The translations under genes and the position numbers were made by a program. DNA of 62,483 nucleotides, counting the filler, from Chiloscyllium plagiosum (lineage: Eukaryota), in NCBI RefSeq assembly GCF_004010195.1. It is 4 parts of one record of this genome, joined end to end, with 100 filler letters (N's around TTAATTAATTAA, not from the genome) between each part and the next. Parts side by side here need not be neighbours in the genome. Positions count along the whole stretch, not along the records: positions 33,088 to 54,636 come from NC_057716.1; positions 54,737 to 62,483 come from NC_057716.1; 2 more parts are not named here. The stretch is one strand, 5' to 3'. The notes beneath the pieces are model-generated. The model saw only the letters and a list, made by a program, of their open reading frames with translations, did no database searches and was not told where the DNA came from. The first letter of the stretch is position 1, and the number at the start of each line of letters is the position of its first letter. Positions 51,183 to 59,553 of the stretch are shown here, piece after piece.

Positions 51183-52625
51183 TATGTGATGGTAATGGAG
51201 TGAGTATGAGGGGATCAGGGTGAAAGTTGCAGAGTGACTAAGAGTGTGGCAGGGTGACATTGACAGAGTGAGTGTGATGTGATCAGGGTGACGGTGACAG
51301 AGTGAGTTTGAGGGGATCAGGGACAGTGACGGAGTGAATGTGAGAGGATCGGGGGATTGGGAAGAGTACTGTGAGTGGACCAGGGTAACGGTAGCTCAGT
51401 GAGTGTGAGGGATTCAATCTAATGATAATTGAGTGAGTGTGAGGAGATAAGCATGATGTTGACCGACTGAGTGCCTTGGGCTGATGTTTAAAAGACGTAG
51501 TCAGAGTGAGGGGAACTGAGTGACGGTGACTGATTAAGTATGAGATGCACTTTCTAACGGTGATGGAGTGAGTGTGAGGAGGTTAGAGCGACGGTAATGG
51601 AGTTACTGTCAGGTGGTCAACGTTATAGTGATGATGTGAGTGTGAGGGACATAGTGTGGTGGCGATTGCGTGAGTCCCATGCTGGCAGACTGAGCACAAA
51701 GTGTGATGGGGTCACAGTGATGGTGACGAACTGAGTGTGAGTAGTTCAGGGTGATGGTACTGGAGTGTGTGCGAGGCGGTCAGTGTGACTGTAATGGAAT
51801 GAGTGTGAGGGATTTCAGAGAGCCGGTGACTGAGTGAGTATGGGGGAAATTGTGCCGCCACAGAGTGAATGTAAGGGGGTCAGAAAAGCAGTGATGGAGT
51901 AAGAGCCAGGGGGTCAGTTTGGCGTAGATGATACTGACTGTTCGGGCGTCAGATTGAAGCTGGCAGCGTGAAATGATTGGTCATGGTGATGGTGACACAG
52001 TGAGTGCGGGGGGTCAGGGTGATAGTGAAAATCTGAGTGCATGGGGTCAGTTTGACGGTGATGAAACAAGTATGAGCATTTCAAATGACGGGGATGGAGG
52101 AAGTGTGAGCGGGAAAGAGTGACAGTGATGGGTAAATGTCTGCAAGTTAGTGTGGACTGTGATGTAACGGTGTGAAGAAGTCAGTGTGACATTCACAGAG
52201 TGGGGGCATGCGTTTCACGGCGACAGTGACAGACTCAGGGCAGAGGGTCAGTTTGCCGGTGCTGAAGTGAGTGTGAGTTTGTCAGGGTGATGGTGATGGA
52301 ATGAGTGTAAATGGGGTGGGGGTGAAAGTGCTTGAGTGATTGCAAACTTATCAGGGTGAAAGTGACAGAGTGAATGTGAGAGGGTTAGGCTGATGGGGAC
52401 TGAGTGTGAGGTGGTTGGGTGACAGCTACGGAGTGAGTGTGATGGGATCAGCGTGACAGCGACGCATTGAGTGTGAGGGGATAAGGGAGACGGTGAAGTA
52501 GTAAGTGTGAGGGCGTCAAGGTGCTGGCGATAGAGTGAGAGTGAGCGGAGCAGGGTGCGAGGGGGTCAGGGTGACGGTGGTGGTCCATCCTTCGGTTAGG
52601 ATTTGTGGTTGTCCTGTTCGGAAGC
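51183..52625 (+). repeat. G-rich satellite block, duplicate of 45000-46430
   Basis: Unit-by-unit colinear with 45000-46430. Confidence 0.92.
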
Positions 52626-52968
52626 AGAGTGGTGGCATGCATGGTCACAGCTGATGCTAACCCAGTGGGCACATTCTCAATCTATTGGTCCACCATGTTT
52701 TGGTAATGTTGAAAGAGAATCAGCACTCTTCGATAATTACTGTGCTGTGTAATCAATGTCACTACAGTGGATGAACAGCAATCAAGATTACTTTCATCAT
52801 GGAAACAGGACTCCAGTTATAATATGATCGCCATTGGAATGGTCAAGCAAAAAGTCTCCCTCTTCCAATGAAGAGGGTCCGCTCAAGTATGCTTTGCCAT
52901 TTGAATAATACGACAGCAGTTTCCTATTCATTGTGACAGGCTATGAAATGAAACGGCATTCTTTCCTC

Positions 52969-53643
52969 TCAGTGCTTCAATAATTTGCATCGTTCAGTGT
53001 ATTGAAGAATTGAAGTGAAAGGATATTTCAGGATATTCTTCAATTCTTCCCTGAAATTTGACTGAACAACAGCATAAACGCAAGTGTTTGTACAGCAGCC
53101 TGAGGTTTGCAACATGAAACTCAGTTCAAGTACAAAGTTATGAATTTGTACACTCGTATAACCTAAGTTGCAAAAACTCAATTGCTGCCCAGACCAGGGA
53201 CAATTGAACTTCTTGTGCCATGATGCAAAACCAGGGGTTGTTTCACATTTTATAGAAACCTGTAAACATAAAATACCAACTGACGTTTTTTAAGCAACAT
53301 AGGATTACAGTTGTTCCAAGAACCACATGTGCTGTCTCCACTGAACAATATTTTGTTTTCCACTTCCTCGAGTAGATGGCCACAAATCTGTCAAATGTGA
53401 AAGCGACAGTAAACCAGACAGATGCATATGTGGCTGCATGGAGAAGTACAGCGTGTATATTACACACGGGAATGTTCTTTATGAAACGAAAATGTTCTTT
53501 AAAGATGAACAGAATGTGCCTTAGTACCAAGTCAAACAGGATGGCAAGTAGGTCGGTCACTGCCATGGCAACCATGTATCATATGACGCATTTGGAGAGA
53601 CCACAACTTTTCTGATTCAGTATCACAATCGTCAATATGTTAA
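52969..53643 (-). pseudogene. GPR139-like GPCR exon 2, copy 2; two nonsense codons and a ~245-bp deletion
   Basis: Acceptor TTCCCTCCCTCACAG| at 53644, phase 1: (V)NILTIVILNQKSCGLSKCVI*YMVAMAVTDLL...SVWFTVAFTFDRFVAI. TGA at 53579 and 53243. The TM5-TM6 segment is missing relative to copy 1. Confidence 0.93.
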
Positions 53644-54084
53644 CTGTGAGGGAGGGAATGAACAGAGAAATTGTAAGCCAGAATTGTATTAATTTTGTCT
53701 GAGCACTTCCTGAGATGTTGATACATGTCACTGCCTCCTTGAAACATTGAAAAATCTGAATATAAGAGATCAATTTTTGAATTGCGTGTTCATATAGAAT
53801 GCAGCATGCATTTGATTTTTTAAAAATTAAGGTGAATACTGAAACTGAATTTTCGAGATACTTTTTTATCCTTCCATTGCGTTGTCCATAAACGGTTCAC
53901 TCCTAAAGAATGCCCGGTTATTGGACAGTGGAGAGGATAGTAATAATAATTCACATAGACAGATCAGTAGCAAGTGGAATTTGCACTCATATGTATGCTG
54001 TGGCAAAGCTGTCAGTTTGAACGTATTAATTTGTCTTTGATTTTTGAACATATGTCGCAAAGTCAGACGTGTACAAATGTTTAA

Positions 54085-54558
54085 ATAACAATGGAATGGA
54101 GTGGCCAATTCTCCCAGTTCAGGTTTTATCCAGTCTGTTTTAACTATAGCAGTCACAAGATGTTTCAGTCCAAGGGACTTGCAAGCTTCACTAAAGTGTT
54201 AATTTGACTTTCTGCACAGATCTCTTTCTAAATGCTGCTCCCTCCTACTGTAAAAATCTGTGTTCGAATTTACCTTCTTGCCGAAGGGTGTGTTTATGGG
54301 ATGTTCCTGCGTTGGACGATTTAATGAGTCGTATTTACTTTATCGTGTCGGTTAATTTTGTCCAGTAGTTAAGTTATTCCAATGTCTTGTTCCTTTTACT
54401 CGTGGTTCAACTGTGTTATTTCAATAAATACTATTTTGCTTCAAGCTGAATGTTTTATCAGCTGCATAACACCTGGAACTCCCACTTTACACCACTCCGG
54501 AAAACAAGGAAAATATGGGTTCCAGGCTTTTACCTGAAACATTTTGAGGGGTATGACA
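54085..54558 (+). mobile_element. LTR fragment related to the solo LTR at 3295-3908
   Basis: Shared GGAGTGGCCA.TTCTCCCAG.TCAG and CAGCTGCAT..C.CCTGGAA...CTGAAA..TTT.GAGGGG; AATAAA at 54423. Confidence 0.65.
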
Positions 54559-54636
54559 CGTTAACGGTAAAGTTAAGAAGCCATACGGGACAATTCCTTT
54601 TATCAGACATGCTGCAGTTTGTAAGAGTAGGGAAAT

Positions 54637-54736
54637 NNNNNNNNNNNNNNNNNNNNNNNNNNNNNNNNNNNNNNNNNNNNTTAATTAATTAANNNNNNNN
54701 NNNNNNNNNNNNNNNNNNNNNNNNNNNNNNNNNNNN
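54637..54736. other. Artificial scaffold-joining spacer
   Basis: N44-TTAATTAATTAA(54681-54692)-N44. Confidence 0.97.
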
Positions 54737-55431
54737 CATTCTTTCTTCAGCGTTACCCCCATTCCAATCGCTCAGAAATCATTACTTTTCTACCTTCCTT
54801 CCGCTCTGCTAAATCCCCTCACCCTCATAACACACGGGTTAACCTTTCCCTTCTCTCTATAGATGCTGCCTGACCTTATCAGATTTCTCAGCATGGCCTG
54901 TGTTTATTTCAGAGGGAATGACATCTCCCTGTTCCTGTTTCTGTGAGAGGATACATTCCCCAATCCGACTCCTTGATATTCCGTTTGTTCACAGAGAAAA
55001 GAGATATCGCTCTATCCAAATTCATAACATGCACAGAAGGGCATCAATATATTGTGATGATATTAACAATAAAACATCTTAAACCAAATGAAATCCATGA
55101 GGAAATGGCATGTTGCAATGGGATCTGTAAGGGGCAGGAATTCAATCCGCCCTCCCCCTGTTATTATTGGGTATGATGCTCCTGACCCACCAATACACAG
55201 ATCTGACTGAATGCACAAACAACCCCTCTCCATCCATTTCATTCACAATAAGGTCAATAACAGGACGGATTAAAACACAATACAAACTGTGGTGAATGCT
55301 GCATGTAGGGAGGCGTGTTACTGTAGAGGTTTTACAGCACTGAGATCAGGCTGTTCGGCACATCATTCACACACCAGTCTAACTGCCTGGACTCCCTCTC
55401 TAAACCTCTCCAATTACCCAGATCCCTGTCT

Positions 55432-55700
55432 GATTGAAGACTGTCTGTGTGGGGTTTGCACATTCTCCCTGTGTCTGCGTGGGTTTCCTCTGGGTGCTCC
55501 GGTTTCCTCCCACAGTCCAAAGATGAGCAGGTTAGGGTGTGTTGGCTATGCTAAATTGTCCATAGTGCCCAGGGATGTGTAGGTTAGGTGGATTAGCCAT
55601 GGGAAATGCGGAGTTACAGGAAGAGGGTGGGGGGGGGGGGGGGTGAGTCTTGGTTGGCTGCATGATGGTTTTCCACGCTGTAAGGATTCTATAATTCCAT
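55432..55700 (+). mobile_element. 5'-truncated V-SINE
   Basis: TTTGCACATTCTCCCTGTGTCTGCGTGGGTTTCCTCTGGGTGCTCCGGTTTCCTCCCACAGTCC. Confidence 0.88.
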
Positions 55701-55824
55701 GCTCCTTCCCATCTGCCTCTATGGATGAGGAAGACTATCACCTGACCCAATATCCCCTTCGGTGGCTCAACGTTTGCTTTGTTTCCAACAAAGAGCTGCA
55801 GATGCTGCTGATCTGGGAGACAGC

Positions 55825-55966
55825 ACAGGAATTGCTGGGGAAACTCAGCAGGTCTGGCAGCATCTGTGGGGAGGGAACCTTTCAGATCCAGGGATTGTTC
55901 TTCAGAACTGAAGGCTTCTGATTCTGGTGCTGTCAGACGTGCTGAGCTTCCCCAGCAATTTCTTGT
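55825..55966. mobile_element. Short foldback element with ~40-bp imperfect inverted arms (Penelope-terminus related)
   Basis: ACAGGAATTGCTGGGGAAACTCAGCAGGTCTGGCAGCA ... TGCTGTCAGACGTGCTGAGCTTCCCCAGCAATTTCTTGT. Single-arm relatives occur near 9330-9410, 13630, 14510, 24860, 29840, 30650 and 54850. Confidence 0.65.
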
Positions 55967-56876
55967 TTGGATTTCAGCCCCAATCCAGTTGGTGATGATC
56001 ACGGCCTTGTTAAGTGTGTTTGGGAATGGGGAGGGAGCTGTTAGCAGGGTCATGGTGGGATAGTGGGGAGCATAGCTGCCTTCCACGCCCAGGTTCAATT
56101 CCTGGTTATGGTTTTTAAACTCACCTTTAAAGAAATCCACCGAATAAAACCAGCACATGAATGTTTCATTCTGTGGTAAAATGGATCTGTCAGATTTCTC
56201 CTTGCTTTTCCTGGCGATGGTTCCTCTGAATTGCAGTGTGGAACCGGGCAGCATTGCTCGGCATCTCGGAAGCTTTCCCCTCTGCTGCTTCCCATTTCTT
56301 ATTGAAATGTTGGTTGCAGCACAAGGATGGGTTTGTTTTGTTCGAAAAGTGAGAGACTGCTCCCGTCAGGAACCTGAAATAATTACAGAAGCCGCTGGAA
56401 ACACTGAACAGTTCCAACAGCTTCTGTAGTGGTGGGGAGGGAGGGTTAATGTGTCAAATCGAGACAAGGCTAAAATAAACACCAGCCACAAAACAGTCAG
56501 AGTTCCTAAGTTTTACAAACATCCGTATAACATTTTTCTGAACCATCAATTCACCTTAAACCCTTCCAATGTGGAATAGCATCTTTCTGATTCTCACTTT
56601 GAGAGATGTCCCTCAGTGAGCTCCTCCACCATTCTTTCCATTTCACTGGGGACCTGCCATCCACAGTCTCCAATCATATGATCTGAACTCAGACACACAG
56701 AGATCTTCAAGAGTGACACAATGCAGATAGGAAGTTGATTTCATTTCTGTTTCTGAGTCCAATCTTCACTCAGTGAGACAGAGTCAGGTATTCAAGGCTC
56801 CAACAAGAGCTGGATTCTCCTTCTGGTGATTGTCTTCATTCAGTGAGAAGGAGGGCCGTGGGCCGGAAGGAGCTCA

Positions 56877-57025
56877 TCATTGTGCTTCGGGTTGGCTGCT
56901 CAGTCTGCAGCATTGCAGGCCGTGGGAGCAGGGCAGTGGGAAAGGTACCTCGTGTGGACTGCAATAGGACTTTCCACACATTGTTCCAGGCCAGTTACAG
57001 AGCTCCAGGAATTCTGAATGAGGAT
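56877..57025 (-). CDS. Beta-defensin-like mature-peptide exon (terminal coding exon, phase-1 acceptor); signal exon not found
   Basis: Acceptor ...TGCATTTTTCAG| at 57026. Open frame xPHSEFLELCNWPGTMCGKSYCSPHEVPFPLPCSHGLQCCRLSSQPEAQ* (TGA TGA). Cys spacing C-x6-C-x4-C-x10-C-x5-CC. Confidence 0.72.
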
Positions 57026-57164
57026 CTGAAAAATGCATTGATTGAAGGAGGAGGATCAGAAAAACAGTATAAAGCTGATGAGATCAGCAGGATTTCTCCG
57101 TCTAACTCTGTGCCACACTTTATTTTCTGATTCATAAATCTACAATCCGGAGCTCCACCCACTC

Positions 57165-58072
57165 AGAGCAATATAAGCTCAGAAACAAATCATTCAGTCC
57201 AACACATCCATGCCGAACTGATATCTGATTTAAATCTGATCCTATTTGTCAGAATTTGGCCCATGTTCCTCTCAACCCTTTTTAATTCCTACACCCACCC
57301 AGATACCTTTTAAATGTTGTAATTGTACCAGCCTCCACTACTTCCTCTGCGTGAAAAATGTTCCCCTTCGGTCCCTTTTATGTTTCCCCTCTCAACTTTA
57401 ACACATGCCATCTGCTTCTGGACTCCCCCACCACAGGGAAATCACCTTGCCGTTTTACCCTATTGAGGGTCCTTCATGAATTTGTGAACCTCTATAAGGT
57501 TATCCCTCAGCCACTGATGCTCCAGGGATAATAGCCTCAACCTATACAGTCTTATCCTCTAGCACAAACCCTCCAACCTTGGCAACATCCTTGTAAATCT
57601 TTTCTGAACCCTTTAAAGTTTCACAACACCCTTCTTATAGGAGGGAGTCCAGAATTGCACTATATACCAAAAGTGGCTGAACCAATACTGCAACATGACT
57701 TCCCAACTCCTTTACACAATTAACTGAGCAATAAAGACAAGAATGACAAACGCTTTCTTCACTATCCTATCGAAATGTTAGTCCACATTCAACGATCTAT
57801 GAAGCTGCACTCAAGGTCTATTTGTTTAGCAGCATCCCTAGTACCTTGTCCATTCAGTGAATAAGTCCTGCTTTCTTTTGCCTTTCCAAAATGCAGCACC
57901 TCACATTTATCTAAATTAATCTCCATCTGCCACTCCTCGGCCGATTGGCCCATCTGATCAAGATCCCGTTGTGGTGTGAGGTCACCATCTTCACTGTCCT
58001 CCACACTTCCAATTTTACTGTCATTTGCAAACTTACTAACCATTCGCCCTATGGCCACATCCAAATCATTTA
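57165..58072 (-). mobile_element. 5'-truncated CR1 LINE (RT C-terminus to 3' end)
   Basis: SKFANDSKIG..QRDLDQMG..A.EWQME.N..KCEVLHFG. Confidence 0.92.
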
Positions 58073-58074
58073 AT

Positions 58075-59553
58075 AAATATATATAACCATTAGATTCAGA
58101 TTCTCCTCAGTTTAGGGCACTGATTCGGTGTTGGCTGGTTAAATATATAGAACCAGGAGAATTACAGTCTCCTCAGTTTAGGGCACTGTCTTTCTACTGG
58201 CTGGTTAAATAAGTATATATAACCAGACGATTTAGGGTGTCCTCAGTTTAGGGCACTGACTCTGTGCTTGCTGGTTAAATAAATAAATATAAGCAGCACA
58301 TTTAAACTCTGCTCATTATAGGGCATTGACCCTGTGCTGGCTGCTAAAATACTGAATACTGAAATATAACCAGGATATTTAGAGTCTCCTCAGTTAAGGG
58401 CACTGACTCTGTGCTCGCAGGTTAATTATATATAACCAGGAGATTTAGAGTCTCCTCATTTTAAGGCCCCAACTCTGTGTGAGATGGTTAATTAAATATA
58501 ACCTGGAGATTTAGAGACTCCTCATTTTAAGGCACTGACTGTGTGATGGCCGGTTAAAACTTTTATAACCAGGATATTTAGAGTCTCCACAGTTTGGGGC
58601 ATTGACTCTGGGCTGGCTGGTTAAATGAATAGATATAACCAGGAGATTTAGAACCTGTTCAGTTTAGGGCACTGACTCTATGCCTTCTGGTTAAATATAT
58701 AAAACCAGTATATTTAGCGCCTCCTCAGTTTTGGGCACTCTCTCAGGTCTGGCTGATTAAATAAATATATATATCCAGGAGATTTCGAGTCTCCTCAGTT
58801 TAGGGCACAGACTCGGTGCTGGCAGGTTAAATATATATAACCAGGAGACTGAGAGTCTCCTCAGTTTATGGCACTGACTGTGGGCTGGCGGCTTAAATAA
58901 ATATATATAACTAGGAGATTTACAGTCTCCCCAGTTTAGGGCACTGCCTCTTTGCTGTCTGTTTAAGTACATATATCCAGGATATTTAGAGTCTCCTCAG
59001 TTTGGAGCACTGACTCTGGGCTGGCTGGGTCAATATACATAACCAGGAGATATAGAGAATCCTCACTTTAGGTCACTGACTCTGTGCTGGCTGGTTAAAT
59101 ATATGCACATAACCAGGAGATTTAAATTCTGTTCAATTTAGAGCACTGTCTCTGTGCTATCTGTTTAAATCTATATAACCAGAAATTTAGAGTCTCCTCA
59201 GTTTAGGTCACTGTCTCTGTGCTGGTGGGTTAATTAAATATATATATGTATAACTAAGAGATTTAGAATCTCCTCAGTTTAGGGCTCAGACTACGTGCTG
59301 GATGGATAAATATACATAAATTACCAGGTGTTTTAGAGTCTCCTCATTTTAAGGCACTGACTTTTTGCTGGCTGGTTGATTACCAGGAGATTTGGAGTCT
59401 CCGCATTTCAAGGAACTGACTGAGTGCTGTCTGTTTAAATATATATAACCAGGCGATTTAGAGTCTCCTCAGTTAAGGCACTGACTCTGTGCTGGCTGGT
59501 TAATTATATATAACCAGGAGATTTAGAGTCTCCTCAGTTTCGGGCACTGACTT
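58075..59553 (+). repeat. ~66-70-bp satellite array, forward orientation
   Basis: Unit approx. AACCAGGAGATTTAGAGTCTCCTCAGTTTAGGGCACTGACTCTGTGCTGGCTGGTTAAAT(AT)n. Confidence 0.96.

Noticed and set aside
56219..56246. GGTTCC..GGAACC hairpin containing CAGTGT (iron-responsive element-like)
   Set aside because: CAGTGT is not in an apical loop closed by a 5-bp stem with a C bulge.
55532..56254. 240-aa minus-strand ORF
   Set aside because: It is a patchwork across a SINE and a foldback repeat, with a non-ATG start and no recognisable motif.
26534..57025. Joining the leader exon (26576-26534) to the defensin-like exon (both minus strand, phase 1)
   Set aside because: They are in the wrong order, on different assembly pieces, and at least 10 kb of piece B follows the leader. 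Phase compatibility alone is not evidence.
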